A DNA stretch of 63,478 nucleotides, the filler included, from Fonticula-like sp. SCN 57-25 (taxonomy: Eukaryota), in NCBI GenBank assembly GCA_001724245.1. It is 3 parts of 3 records of this genome, joined end to end, with 100 filler letters (N's around TTAATTAATTAA, not from the genome) between each part and the next. Parts side by side here need not be neighbours in the genome. Positions count along the whole stretch, not along the records: positions 1 to 21,228 come from MEDX01000084.1; 2 more parts are not named here. One strand, given 5' to 3'. Position 1 is the stretch's first letter. Each line of letters starts with the position of its first letter. The notes beneath the pieces are model-generated. The model made no database searches and was not told the DNA's origin. It was given only the letters and a program-made list of their open reading frames with translations. Below, in pieces: positions 1-16,362 of this stretch. The translations under genes were made by a program, and so were the position numbers.

Positions 1-248
1 TTGGCGGGCACAAAACACAATCTGACAAACGCAACTTTTGACAATGATCAACGAAACTGATTAGCCATTTTATTGATTGATCCTGGTCTCTACCCTTAAT
101 CGTAAACATGAACGCCGTAATCAACGGTGAGATTCAAATTCCCCGTTCAGATCGTCGCATTCTTTGTCAGCATTCGGGGGGTGACAAAAATAACTCCCTC
201 GATAGATCGCTCATCAATCATCATTCCCGCCCGATTCTATCAGCTGCG

Positions 249-3200
249 ATGGCCCCTGCGCTCGAGGACCTCTTAGCGAAGGAGCTGTCGACGCTCAGCA
301 CGGCCGCTGAGGTGGTCGACGATGACGTGAATATTAAGCTGGTGCGTTGCTGTGCGGCTCCGGCGCGGCGCTGGCTCACTGTACTATTCGGTATCATATG
401 GTAGATTGGAGACAGGGTGAACGAGCTGGATGCTGCGTTGGTGGAGCTGGACTGCTCGGCGGCGACGGACGAGCGCGGCATGCGCGCAGTGCTGCGGCAC
501 ATGGTTCCCACGTCGTATTTTCTGGCATTCATGTTTGATGAGCACAGCATCGAAAACCTGGTACGGTTTGCAGCCCCCATCCCCACATTCCATACTGACC
601 AATGCATGCAGATGTTTTACCTCGACATTGTGCACTTTCGGAGAGAGATTCTCGCGACCGGCGACCAGGCCAAGTGGCGCGAAACGGCTCTCTCGATATT
701 TTACTGCTACATCAAGAAAGGGGCTCCGCTCGAACTCAATCTTGTCAGCTCGGTCCAGAACGCGCTCCAAAACGCCCTCTCTCCCGAGATGCTCAAAGGT
801 GACTGCGAGTCGCTCAAGACTGTCTACGACGACGCGTTCGAGGCATGCCGCATTCTCATGCAGGACACGTGGCGGCGGTACCAGCGCTCCGAGATCTTTC
901 AAAAATCGACGCGGCGGCTGACGGGCGCCGACCTGACCGACGTCAAGGTGCGCCGCGCCGCCATGCGTGAGGTGCTCTACCACTTTCGCAACGTCGTCGG
1001 CGTCCCGGACACGTATACGACAATCGTCAAGGGAAAGGTGCTCGCCTACTACAGGCGCCTCAACGCGGGAAACAGCTCGATCGACCTCGAGGCACAGTCC
1101 ATCATCGACGTACGTGTCTCTTTCCTCACTCGTTGTACTCTACTCACCCGCCGCGCGTGCCCAGAGCTGCACAGGGCCCATTCCGAATGTCATGCGCGTC
1201 AAGCTTGCATACGAGCCGGGTCCGACCGACAAGGGAATGCTTCGGCTTGCGGTGCGCGCGCCCGCCCCCCTCTGTCGCCGTCTTTTCTCACCTCTCCTGT
1301 TTTTTACAGGTAAACGAGCTTGTTCTCGTGCTGGAAGAGAACGCCAATGGTGTGTGGAAGGGCCAAAACTGTAAAGGCGTTGGTCTGTTCCGCCCCGTTC
1401 TGTGTGCCAAGGTCGAGCTCGTACGTAGCTTGTTGCATTTATAGTTTATTCTGACGCGCGCGCAGCCCACCTTTGATGAAGTCGACCTCGTGTCCACTGC
1501 CGCGCCGCTGCCCGTGACGCACCGCGCGCCGATCGCGTCGCTCCTTCCTACGCTCCTCGAGTCGCTGACGCGGTCGGGCTGCACCGCGCTCTCGAATGTG
1601 TCGCCTGTCGTAGGCTCGCGGTTCCTGCACGGCCTCGCGGGCGTCACCCTTGCCGTGACGCAGGCCATCTCGCTGGCCGACGCCCTGTCGTCGCGCACCT
1701 TTCAGTTCCGCGATATCCAGATTCTGCACCACGAGTCGCTCAAGACGGTCGAGCACCTCAAGAGTCTCACCAACTGGATGTGCACCGGTACGCTCCATTA
1801 TTTGTTGACGCGCGTCTCACACGTGCGCGTCAGTGTACGACAAGGGCAGCGTCGCCTCACGCAAGAACGACCCGAACCACCTGAGCCTTTCGTCCGTCGC
1901 GCGCCTCCTGTCGGTGCTGCTCGACGTGCTGCAGGCGACCAAGGAGCTGCTGCGCGCGCTGAGACCGCTGCTCCAGTCGTTCGTCGCCAACCCAAAGGAG
2001 TTTGACGTCGAAAACATCATCATGTGCGTGTTTTGTTTGGCGCGCTGTCGGCTCACACGTGTGTGGTAGCACTGCCCTCGAGCGGATCACTGTGCTGAAC
2101 GGCCCGAGGTCCATCAAGAACGCTCAGCAGCTCGTTGCTTCTGCGGCATCTTCCATCACTGAAGGTGCGCGGAAAGCAGCGCGCGCACGTCGGCTAATGT
2201 TCTGCCGCCCATAGCTTCCCGCACAGAGGATACGACATTTTTCCTGCGCTCGACCGCGGTACTGTGCGCCGCCGTGCTCATGTTTGTTGACTGCGCTTCG
2301 GACGCGGAGGGCGACGAAACGGTCGGCGTGCTTGAGACGGCTGTCGCGTCCGTCATCGGCAAGGTCCGCTCTGCGCGCGACTCGGCAGAGCTGGTACGTC
2401 CGAGCCCACTCCATCATTGCGCTGACGCGGCGGCTTTGTAGAGCCTGCTTATGGACCGCTCGAGGAACGTCCAGGCGACGGCGGCGGTCGGCGCGCAGAT
2501 CAGCGCGGTTATCTCGCAGTGCGTCCGCGATCTTGAGGCGTGCGCGTCCAAGAAGGAGGCGTCGGGCAAGGCGAGCCACGCGCTCGTTGAAGCTGAGCTC
2601 AAAGTGTACGCGGAAAAAATGTCGCTTTAATTTGCTTACACGCTCTCAGTGTTCGCGGCGGTGTCTCGACCCTGCTGGCTGCCGTGCAGCAGAACCGCAA
2701 GGACGAGTTTGTGGGATGCGCCTCGCAGCTGAGCGAGGCCGCCAAGGTGCTTGTCATCAAGGTACACAGCGCGCTGTCGGCGCAGGGCGTCGTCGGCATC
2801 AAGCTCTACGACGAGGTGCTGTCGGACGCCGGCCACCTTGTCGACGAAGGCGCGGGTTTTGACGACCCGCACGCGTCCTATGAGGGCTGCCTCAAGGAGC
2901 TCACTTCCAACATCCTCGCCGTCCTCCCGCAGAGCAGCGACCAGCTTGATATTCGCCCTCAACAGCAGGCGGGCGCTGCATGTAGCTCGGCCGTGCGCAT
3001 GATTTTGCAGATCCTGCAGTGGCTGCTCGCGCGCGCGTCCAGGAACGCCGACCGCCTCGTGCTCAGCCAATCGGCGACGGCGCTCCAGGCTGCCCGTGAC
3101 GCCTTTGAGGCGGCGCTACAGGACAACCTGGCCACCCTCATGAGCGTGGAGAGCACGGCGACGCTCAAGCAGTCGTGCGCCGGGCTGCTGCAGGCGACCA

Positions 3201-5771
3201 AGGACGCCGGCCAGGCCATCGCCGATTTTAGCAAGGACGGCGGGTCGCCATTGCCCGAGCAGACGCCGGCATCGCCGCCGCCACAGTTGTTTAGCGTCCA
3301 GCGCCGCGGGTCGAGCCAGCTGTTTGGAAAGAGCAAGCCAGTATCGCCTTTTGACTCGGCCGCCATGGTCGACGCGTACGCTTTTTAGTTGTCGTGTTGT
3401 ATACCCTAACGTGACCGTTGTGGCTTGTAGGAACCAGCCGATTTCTCCGTTTGACCCGAACCGGCGCGGGTCGGTGCCCGCACCGTCGTCGCCGCCGACC
3501 GTTATGGACCGCCGCGCGTCGTCGTCGGCGGTCGTCGCGCCGGCGCGCAGCCGCACGGGGAGCGTTACGAGCCTCAACGCGCGCTCTGTACGCGACTCTT
3601 TTTAAATATATTCGCCTAAACTGACGTTTGGTTTCGCGCAGGACGCCAAGGATCCGATCAAGGTTGAGGTGAACCTGCGCCTGGCGCAGCTGTTGCACTC
3701 TGTGGGCAAGGCGCGCGTTGCCGCGGCGCTGGCCGCCGGTGTGTGGCCGCCGCCGACCGCCGCCGCCGACATCCAGTCGGCATGCCAGGCCGTGACCAAC
3801 ACGCTCACCGAGCTGACCAGTTCCTTTGACGCGGTGCTCGGCCGCGAGCAGGACCGCAAGGTTTCCGAGCGCGGCGATACGACGGCGCGCTGGAAGCTGT
3901 CCTGCTTTGACCTACAGGCGTACACGTCCGGTACGCTAATCTTGGTCCTTTGACGGCCGTGCTGATGATCGATCTCTTTTCCTCAGCTTGCCTCGCCGAC
4001 ATTGTGCCTGTGCTTGCCGCCAAGCAGGCGAGCATCACGGCCGACCGCCGCACGCACCAGCTGATGAAGCGCGCAAAGTTCACGACGCCATCAAAGTACT
4101 GGGTCGACAAGGGCGCCAAGGTCGACTACACACGCTTCAACAAGCTGTGCACGCCAGAGAGCCTCGAGGACACGGAGGACGACGCGATCGTTGAGGCGGC
4201 CGCCGGCGACGCCATCGCGGTGCGCGCCGGCAGCCTCAAGGGCCTCGTGCGCATCCTGTGCAACCACAAATACTTTGGTACGTGCCAGTTTAGGTTTAGT
4301 TTAGTTTTCTGACGCGCGCGCGCAGACATTCCGTACATGCAGACGTTCCTCATGACGTATCGCACGTTCACGACGCCGATGGAATTGCTCAACGCGCTGA
4401 TTGAGCGCTACGGCGTCGCGCCGCCTCTCAACTTTCCGCACGAAGAGTTCTATTACGTCAAGAAGATTGTCGTCATCCGCGCACAGTACGATGATGCTTT
4501 TTTGATTCGTGAAGACTGACGCGCTGTAGGGTCCCGCGCGTCATCCACGCTTGGTTGGACGCGAGCTACGACGACCTCAAGCAGAATGACGGCGAAGTGC
4601 TCGTCGCCCTGAAAGAGTTTTTGGAGCAGCAAATGTCGGTGACGGACGAGGGCCTCGCGGCCATGCTCCTAAAGCAGCTCGCGTCGCTGGTACGCACGCA
4701 CTATAAAGATGATTTTTTGCTGACGGCGCGGGCAGGAATCCGGGGCGAACCACCGGCCGTCCATGTCCAAGGCGGCGGCGCCCCCCGCGCAGAACAAGAA
4801 CGGATGGTACGACGTTTACTTTGTTTATGCTTGCTTGCTAACCGCCGCGGTGTGGCAGGTCGGGCCCCGACACGCGGCTTGGGTCGCTGAATGCGCTTGA
4901 AGTGGCGCGCCAGCTCACGCTCATCGACTTTAATCTGTTTGCTGCCATCCGGCCGTCCGAGTTCCTCCAGCAGGCGTGGTCCAAGGAGGCGCTCAAGGAC
5001 CGCGCGCCAAACATCCGCGCCCTCGTGCGCCGCTCCAACGACGTGCGCATATTTAGGTGTGGTTGTTGATATGCTGACCTGCGGTATTCGCAGTTGACGT
5101 ACTTTGTGGCGTCCGAGCTCCTCAAGGAAGGCGACCTTGCCCGGCGCCAGGCGCTTCTCCTCCACGTGATCCACATTGCCATTGTGCGCTGCATGCTCGG
5201 GCTTGCTTTTGCTGACACAAACATCGTTCTTTAGGGCTGCCTCTCGCTCAACAACTTTAACGCTGTCATGTCGATCTACGCCGCGCTTTCGTCGTCGCCG
5301 TTGTTCCGCCTCAAGAAGACGTGGGCGTCGGTGCTTAATGACCCCTCGAGTGCGGTGTATACGGCGTGGCAACGCATCGAGCAGCTGACTGCGCCGGCTA
5401 ACAACCACAGCGCGTACCGGACGGCGCTGCGCGCCGCCAAGCCGCCCTGCGTGCCGTTCCTCGGGCTCGTGCTCACCGACCTTGTCTACCTCGACGACGG
5501 CAACTCGGACAACGTGGTCGTCAACAATCACGCGCTCATCAACTTTGAAAAGAGGCGCAAGACGTATGCCGTGATCGCCGGCATCCAGCAGATGCAGTCG
5601 ACGGTGCGCATCACGATCGGCCGACACCAATGATGACTAACATATTCGCCACAGCCGTACGGACTCACGCAGTGGCCCGACCTCATGCAGCTCCTCCTCC
5701 GCCACGAGACGTCGCAGACAGAGGACGCGGCCTTGTACCGCCGCTCGCTCGAGATCGAGCCGCGCGAGTAG
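249..5771 (+). CDS. Multi-exon RasGEF: RGS domain, SH3, long helical (talin/vinculin-like) region, REM and CDC25 catalytic domain
   Basis: RGS motifs (FMFDEHSIENL, FYLDIVHF, IFYCYIKKGAPLELNL, MQDTWRRY); SH3-like (VKLAYEP..GMLRL, ELVLVLEENANGVWKG..GLF); REM (AGSLKGLV, FLMTYRTFTTPMELL); CDC25 (LNNFNAVMSIYAALSSSPLFRLKKTW, PCVPFLGLVLTDLVYLDDGN, INFEKRR); many GT..AG introns; TAG at 5769-5771. Confidence 0.85.
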
Positions 5772-5981
5772 GGCCCCTTTTATTTCGTTACAGTGATACC
5801 ATGTCGCACCAGTGTTGCACGGCCTGCATCCTTTTTACATTTATTCTGACAAGCATGTAATTTCTTAGCTACTCGAATTGCCCTTTAATATAATGAACCA
5901 ATTATGCAATTATCTCCGCGCAGTAAAAACCCTGACAGCGCACTGCCCCTCCAGTGATCACTTTGATTGCGTCAGGCGGGG

Positions 5982-7211
5982 ATGATGACGTGCGGCGGCT
6001 GCCAGCGCAGCCCATCCAAGCCGGGCGCGTGCTTGTGCGCGTCGTGCGCACGAGAGAGGTGCGCAGTGGTACACATAAATGTCATTTTGGCTGACCTTGA
6101 TGCGATCAGCGTGGCGGGCCTCATACCATATACCGACGCCAGGGACGCACTGGCGGCGCGCGCGTCTGCCGCCTTTGTCTCGCGGCGGCGTCTACTCGAG
6201 CTTCGGGAGCGCGCGGACCTCCTGAGAGATCAAATTACAGAGCGTCAGAAGGAGATCGCGCAGTCGACCAAGCGCATCGAGCAGAGTTCGCCTTCCTACC
6301 TTTGTCACGCTGACGCTAATCTAGCCCGTCCTAGTGCGCAAGAATCTCGACTATGCGTCCCGCCGGTGCAACGAGCGCCGCGCCTCGTTCGATGCGCGAC
6401 AGAGCCTTCAGGGCTTTACCGAGTTTCTGCGCACGGAGAGGGGCCGCGCGACGGTGCAGCGTCTTGGATCGCTCTCGAGCGAAATGAGCGCCCTCGCGTG
6501 CCGATTCTGCCGCGATCTCCTCTCCTTTTACCGCTTCAAGCAGCTCGGCAACGATCGCTTGAGCCTCCTCGGCACCTTTCTACACGCGTCGAGTGACTTT
6601 TCCGGTTCGTTTTTGCCTTTTGTTTGCCCGCCGTCGCTGACCCTCCGTCTGCAGGCATGCCCGCCGAGGCTGTGAATGTTGGTGTCGGCGCGCTTGCGCA
6701 CATGGCCGCGTCGGTCAGCCTTCTCTTTGACATTGCACTCCCGTTTGCGTTCAGTTTACCCCCCGCGTCGCCGCTCCCCGGCGAGCGGTCACGCTCGTTC
6801 CTGTCGATCGCCGTCGACGTTCCCTTGCAGCTCGTCTCGGCGGATCAGCTGGGCGAGTTTTTGCGCGGCATCGCGCACCTCAACTTTAACATTGCCTACC
6901 TGAGCCTCGCGCTCGGCAGGCCGCTGGCGCCCGACCGGCTGAATTGGGCCGTCGGGAACCTCTTTGCACTGCTGACCGACGGGGCCGCCGGCGCGCTGCC
7001 ACACCGCACGGACCGGCCGCTGTTGCCTCCAACGTTCTCGCTTGACGCGTGCTGCCACGCGCCGCTCAAGGCGCCGCCTGTATTTGACGACGGCGATGGC
7101 GGCGAAGGCGATGCGGAGCTCGAGAGCGAGTGGGTTGACTTTTTGGACGAGGAGGAGGAGGCGCTGTTTGCGCCGCAGATGAGCAGGTCGAGGATGTCGA
7201 GGCTCGGTTAG
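5982..7211 (+). CDS. ATG14/UVRAG(Vps38)-like PI3K class III complex subunit
   Basis: N-terminal CxxC...CxxC (MTCGGCQ...CLCASC), coiled coil, then LPF and FLRGIAHLNFNIAYL motifs typical of ATG14/UVRAG; acidic tail with Trp; three short introns. Confidence 0.65.
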
Positions 7212-7639
7212 CGGCGAGAATGGCTGTATTTGTGTATATACAATAAGCAATTGGCAAAGTTCACAACTGTGCATAAAACTGTGCATCTAGAGCACAAACG
7301 TGTTCATATAAATAGTGCACAGCTGCACGGGAGAAGGTGGTTTGAAAGGAGAAATCGGATATTTTGCTAACACAGTGTGCGTTGATCTTTCTCTTCAATA
7401 TTTGCGTGGTTATACAGTCAACGTGATGCCGCATACTGTGCAGTGCGCGTGTCAGACTCTCATGCGGGCATGGCACCCCAAACAGCATCGCGGGCATTTG
7501 TTTTGATGGTTTTCATTTCCAAAAGCACACGACGCTAGAACGATACGATCACAAAAGTAAAACCCAAAAGGAAATCAAAAGTACAAAAGGAGAGCAAGCG
7601 GGCAAAGGAGAAAGGAAGAGGGAGAGAGCGCGAGCTCCC

Positions 7640-8118
7640 TTAGCTCTGCCAGTAGCCGGTGGCGTCCAGGCTGCCGCCCGGGCCATCCTCGTCGTCCTTC
7701 TTGCCGGGCACCTTGTCGCCTTTTACGGCCTAGAGAAAAGAGTCAGTACACAACGAAACAGGCACACCGCAAGTGAACGCACCTCGCGGTACTTTTGCAG
7801 GTAGATCTTGAGGGGCTCGCAATAGTTCTCAAAGCCTAAGCTCTGCATGGCCCAGAGAATGTCCTCACCATTGATCGTCTTCCGTTTCTCCTGCTGGCAG
7901 CGGTCGCTCGCCTCGCTCGTAACAAAGCTGATAAATTCCGACACGCACTCCTGCACCGTCTCCTTGGCGTCCTTGGCCACCTTGGCGTTCTCGGGAAGCG
8001 CGCGCTTCATGATGCGGTTGACATTGGCGATCGGGAGGAAACGGTCCTGCTCGCGCATGGGGTCTCCAAAGTCGGACTTGCCGACATCGCCCTCACCTCC
8101 GGAATCCACGTCACCCAT
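7640..8118 (-). CDS. NFYB: Nuclear transcription factor Y subunit B (HAP3)
   Basis: [65 protein letters not shown] histone fold; one intron near 7730-7782; last exon ends ATGYWQS-stop. Confidence 0.95.
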
Positions 8119-8783
8119 TACTCAGTTCGTGCTCTGCACCGACCCTTTTCGCACTGTCCCGCTAATACGGACAGGGGTACAAAAGTGGCCAACGGGAGGG
8201 CGCGCGCGTTCTGACGGCGGCGACGTCGACGATTTGACAGTTTTTTGCGCGCAAAATAGAGTCGGTTTTAGACAGGTTTTAGACCGACCAGGTTGATCTG
8301 ATCATCAGGGGCAGATTCTGGGTATCCATAATAGTCTACGTTCCTTCAATCGGGGTTGACGCCGGTTTGTCGTGGGAGAAGAGGAAAGGCTCCGGACGAG
8401 GGGCACATTAACCAGCAACCTTACCAGCGAGCGGCAATTGTTACAGTAGAGCTTGCCCCTTTTGTGCGTCTTTGGCTAGTCTTTGAAGGAGCAACGTTCA
8501 CTTGGGCTCTGGGCTCTGTTTTGGCCACGATCAAGAGGGACCAAAGTGTTTTGACCTCGGGTGGTTTTGACAGCTCCGGCTTGTGTAAGGCGGTCGGGAG
8601 TTGTGCCGCGGCGGGATTTCCGCAGGGACACGAGGCTGTGCGAGCCTGAAGGGTTTATATAGATAGAGAAGGAGAGAGCGCGTGGAAAGCGACGAGTCGC
8701 CCTTTGGTCACCTCGTCGCGCGACCGTCTTTTGTTTGTCGGTCAACGCAAGGGTACGCCACCAACACCATTGGGTCGATGTAG

Positions 8784-11315
<2,532 letters not shown>

Positions 11316-12018
11316 GACGTCACGTTGGCCCGGTTTGCGTTCTTTTGTGCATATCTCTACCTATATCCTTGGACCTGTAAGGCACTTTGCTTCTTGGGTT
11401 TTCTATTCAAATTGCGCTTGCGGCGGCGCGCGCATGCCTCTGTCCTCCCTGCGGATGGCTTGGGCGGCGCGCGTCAATGCAGCGCCTTGTTTTAACAATG
11501 GGCTTTTATGCCTGGGCGACGTTGTTGCAGCGCGCTCATTGGCGGCGGCCGGAAGCACGCGCTCGTTTCCTCTTCTTTTCTATCAATCTTTGCTATCGGC
11601 AATGTGTATCTCTTTCGCGCCTCAGCAGTGCTCGCGCATTATATCCACTCGAGTTGTCCTTTTTTATTGATTCTGAGCACGCTTGTGCCAGTAGACAGTG
11701 CTGTTTCGCCCGGTGGTCGCCCATCGTCAATCCCTTTTGCCTCCCTTTCTTTCCTCCTTGTTTGCCACAGCGGTTGGATACACTGCCCTGTACGCGCGCG
11801 TCGAGCGCCGTGTTTGTCCTCTTTCGTTCCGGGCCGCTGCCCTTGCGGCGGCGCGAACTACTGTACCTGTATACCTAGCATCCCCCTCTAATAATAAGGC
11901 AAGGATCGTTGTTTATATCTCCATTTTGCAAGACATTGCACAGCGCACATGGACACAGAAAAGACACATAAAAGAAAGAGGCGTTTATTTAAGACTAAAG
12001 AGAACGGCACGCGCGTGC

Positions 12019-14157
12019 TTACACGTGGGTGATGCCCCAGACCTTGACGGCGGCGTCCTGGCCGATCGAGACGATCTTGTCCTCGCCGACAAAGGCGACG
12101 CCGTTGACCTGCCCGACGTGCGCGTTCTTGATCTGGATGTGCTTGCTGGGCGTGGCGAGCGACCACACAAAGATGTGCGTGTCGAGCGAGCCGGTGGCGA
12201 CGCGCTGCGACGACGGCGACCACGAGATCGACGTGATGCGGCTCTGGTGGTACACCCAGTCAATGCCGCGGTTCTGTAAAAGAGCGAAAAAAGTGGTCAG
12301 CGAGGCGAGTCAAAAGTGCAGGCGGTCCGCACGGTGTAGTCGGCGGTGCTGTGCAGGACAAGCTGGCGCGACGTGTCGGCGGCGGCGAGGTAGGCGCCGT
12401 CGGGCGAGTACGCGAGCGCCGAGATCTGGTTGCGGTTGGTGCCGGTGAGCTCCTTGAAGGCGACGAGGTCGCTGCCCGCGAACGTGTAGAGGTGGATGGC
12501 GTCGGTGGCGCCGACGGCGACCTGCGAGCCGTCAACGCTCAGCGCGACGGACACGGGCTGGTACTTGACGGCCAGCGACGAGACCTTGGCGCCGTCGCGG
12601 AGGACGACGAGCTGGTCGTTGAGGGCAACGACGCTCAGGCCGCCGCGGGCAGCCGAAGCGAAAGCCTTGGGCTGCGACTCGGCCTTGAACACATTGTCGC
12701 CGATCACGTGCGACGCGAGCGACGTGGTGCGGACGGTGTCGTCGAGGCCGCACGACATGAGCGACTGGCCCGAAACGGCGAGGGTCGAAACCTGGTTCGT
12801 GTGCTGAGGACTGCAACGAAAGGACAGTCAGAACAATGTACACAATTGGCCAACGAGTATTAAAAAACAAAGCACATTCCAAAAAAAAAGAAGACACAAA
12901 AATATTGACCCTTAACGTACCCAGTGACGTTGGCAGCGGTGCCGGCGTCAACGTCCCAGTACGAGATGCGGCCCGAGTTGTCGGCGGTGAAGATCTCCTT
13001 GCCCTGGACAGCGAGCGCCATGATCGGCTTGCTGTGGCCGGTGATGACCTTGCTCGGCTTCTCGGGGCTGTTGACGTCGAGGTAGTTGAGGTCGCCCGAC
13101 AGCGACAGGCTGAGGAGGTAGCTGCCGGCCCAGAGGCAGCTCACCTGCTGGTCCTCGACGGTGTTGCCAAACTTGAACGTACTGCAAGAGCGTGGGTGAG
13201 CGACAATACGAAAAAAAAAAGATTGCGCACGTGGCAAGCGAGCGGGACTCGATGTTCCAGAGCTTGACGGTCTTGTCAGCCGAGGCAGTGAGGAGCTGCT
13301 TGCTGTCGGGGGACCACGAGCAGGAGAAGATGGAGCCGGTGTGGGCGCCCTCGCCGCCGAGCTCGGCGACGCGCTCGCCGGTCTTGCCGTCAAAGAGGAA
13401 GATCTTCATGTCCGAGCCGACGGTGGCAAAGTGCTCGCCGTTGGGGCTGAAGCGCACGCAGTTGACGAAGCGGGTGTGCTCCTTGTTGGACTGCTTGTAC
13501 TTGAACGGCGGGCCCTCAAAGTAGCCGACGGTCAGGTCGTCCGACACGGTGACGGCGCGGAAGGGGCGCGTCGGCTTGATGTCGGCAGAGTTGATGGTCT
13601 TGCTGTGGCCAGTGATCTCGCCGACAGACGAGCCAGAGTCGTAGCTGAAGGCGTGGCCAAAGCGCTCCTGGCCGTTACCGACGGCGATCACGCGCTTGCT
13701 CTCAGAGTCCCACGCAATGTCGCGGATCTCACCGGCAATAACCTTGATCTCGTACTTGAGGATGTGCTCGGCCTGGGTGGTATCCCAGATGCGGACGTTG
13801 CCGTTCACATCGCCGGACGCGATGTAAAAGCCCGACGGCGAGTACTTGGCCACGGTGACGTTGGCGGTGTGCTCGGTGTACTGGTCCGCAATGTGCGGGT
13901 TCTGCAGCGTACTGTAAGAAAAAAATAAAGCGAAATGCGGCACGCACGGCGAGGTCGCGGATAAAGACCGAGCGGCCGTTGGCGTAGACGACCTTGGTGC
14001 CCTTGGGATCGGTACCGAGGTGCACGACCTGGCCGCGCGTGGTGTGCGGCAGAGCGGCAAACACTTGCTCTATTCGAAGCAAACACGTCTGTCAGCAAGC
14101 TCGACCCAGGAAGAGGCCCCACCGCCTCGGGAAACACGTACCACGCTTGTACGACAT
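12019..14157 (-). CDS. WDR1: Actin-interacting protein 1 / WD repeat protein 1
   Basis: [18 protein letters not shown] start, [62 protein letters not shown]40 repeats over several exons. Confidence 0.93.
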
Positions 14158-14586
14158 GCTGTAGCTTCAGGAGGAGATCTCTCACGCGAAACGCCGAGCA
14201 ACAATGTTCCTCACCTCTTTCTTCCCCTTTTGAAAAACACTCGAAATGTGCAGCCCTTGACTCCCGGGCGGAATCCGGGGCCAACTCGCTCCAAACTGAT
14301 TGGATGCACATTGGGTGCACATTGCTCCATCAGCCAATCGGAGTCGCGCTGGACGTTCGAACATGGGCGGAGGTAAAAGTGGTAAGTTGTTCGGAATGCA
14401 ATCGTGTTGAGATCATGTTGTGCCTTTGTTGCACTCATATTGGCGCATGGTTGGTGTTCCAATTTAGGAGATTTGTTGGGGTCCCGACTCTTGCAAAGGA
14501 ACTGACGGCCGTCCCCCGCCACTCAGCTGCTCTCCGTCACCCTCTCCCACCCACAACAAAAAAGTTGCAGCTCAGGAGGGTCGGCA

Positions 14587-16362
14587 ATGGCTTTCACCGA
14601 AGCGGAATCAGCGGTGGCGCCGCCGCCGCCCGAAGGCAGGGTGCGGAAGACTCGCCCTGTGGTCGCGTGCCCCTTTTTCTAACCCGTGGTGGTCCGAACG
14701 TAATACAGATGGGAAAGGCGTTTGGCAGCGAGCTCTTTGAGGTGCAAGGCGCGCCGCTGCTGCCGGACTGGACGCAGGTCATGGAGACCAAGTCGGGTCG
14801 CAATTATTATGTGAACACGCGAACGGGCGAGACGACGTGGGCGCGCGCGGTGGCCGCGGGGTTGGACAGCAACGTGACCCCGCGCACAGCCACCCTCGGC
14901 CGCCCGACCGCCCACAAGCAGGATGCCACAACAATGCCGTCGCAGTCGTTCGGGTCGAACGGAGCGGCGTCGATCAAGAGCATTCAGACCGTGTCGCTCG
15001 ACTCGAGCCAGTCGAGTTTTTCCACGCTGCCCACGCCCATCGAGGACGACTTTGGCAATGAGCGGTGCGAATCGCGCGTCTGCCGCAATTTCTCCTGCTG
15101 ACATTTTTCTCGTTTTTAGCAAGCGCACCCCTTCCGACTCGAGCAGTACCTCGTCGTTTGCGTTGGAAAAGTATGCGAGCCGCCGATTCAACACACACAC
15201 GCGCGGCATCTTCCGCCGCAAGATTCCCCTCATGACGATGACGACGTGGACCAAGGATGCGATCACGCAGCCGATGCTCGATGGCCTCGACAAGGAGGAT
15301 ACCAAAGAGGCAATTGCGGCGTGGAAGGTGATGCAGCGCGCCATGGGCGACCGCACCGGCACTGTTCGCGGCATCAAGACGAACGCTGCCTCGTTCCAGC
15401 CCCTGATCGACATTGGCCTGAGCCGCCCCGCTCTGCGCGACGAGCTCTACGTGCAGCTGTGCCGCCAGCTCCGCATGAACCCGACGCTCGACAGCCAACT
15501 TGTCGGCTGGGAGCTGATGGCGGTGTATACCACGTACTTTGCGCCGAGCAACGACTTTGAGACGTACCTGATCTCGGTCGTGACCACTGCTTTTGAGGAG
15601 ACGACCGAGAACCGCATCCGGGCGTACGCCGATGCTGCGCGCAAGCGCCTCAAGCGCATCTCGCGCTCTGGCCCGCTGCGCCGCCTCCCGACGCTCGGCG
15701 AGATCGAGCGCGCGGCCGAGTCGCCGCTGTCGCCGTCAGTCTTTGGCGAGGCCCTCGAGGACATTATGGCGCTCGAGCGCCACCCACCGCACTGCAGCAC
15801 CGACACGGTCCCAATAGCGCTGCGCTTCCTGGCCGAGTCGGTCACCAAGATGAATGGCCACCGCGCCGAGGGCATCTTCAAGCGCCCCGGCGACGCCGAG
15901 ATGGTCGCCGAGCTGCGCCTCCGCGTCGACAAGAAGAAGCTCAACATGGAGGGCATCAATGACCCGCACGTGCCCGCGTCGCTGCTGCTCACCTGGCTGC
16001 GCGAGCTGTCGGAGCCGCTCATCCCGACCGAGCTCTCGGCCGACGCCGCGACCAACGGCGAGGACGCCCCCAAGTGTGTCGCCCTTGTGGCCCGCCTCTC
16101 CGAGGTGCACCGCAACGTCCTTTATTTCCTTGTGCGGTTCCTCCAGAGCATGGGCGACCCGGCCAATGTGGCGCACACCAAGATGAACGCCAGCAGCCTC
16201 GCTGCCGTCTTTACGCCGTCCTTTTTCAGCGCCACGGCCGCCGGCGTGCGCACCACGGCAGAGATTATGCGGTTGAGGCAGGCTTTCGTCCGTAATCTCA
16301 TTCTTTTCCTCAACGTCGAGGCGGGCCACGAGGGCGAGCTGCTGAGCAGCCCCCTCCTGTGA
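14587..16362 (+). CDS. ARHGAP39: WW-MyTH4-RhoGAP protein (ARHGAP39/Vilse-like) with degenerate GAP site
   Basis: WW (LLPDWTQV..SGRNYYVNTRTGETTW), MyTH4 (LRDELYVQLCRQL..NP..GWELM), RhoGAP (EGIFKRPGD, DPHVPASLL, LRELSEPLIP, TKM); two introns. Confidence 0.82.
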
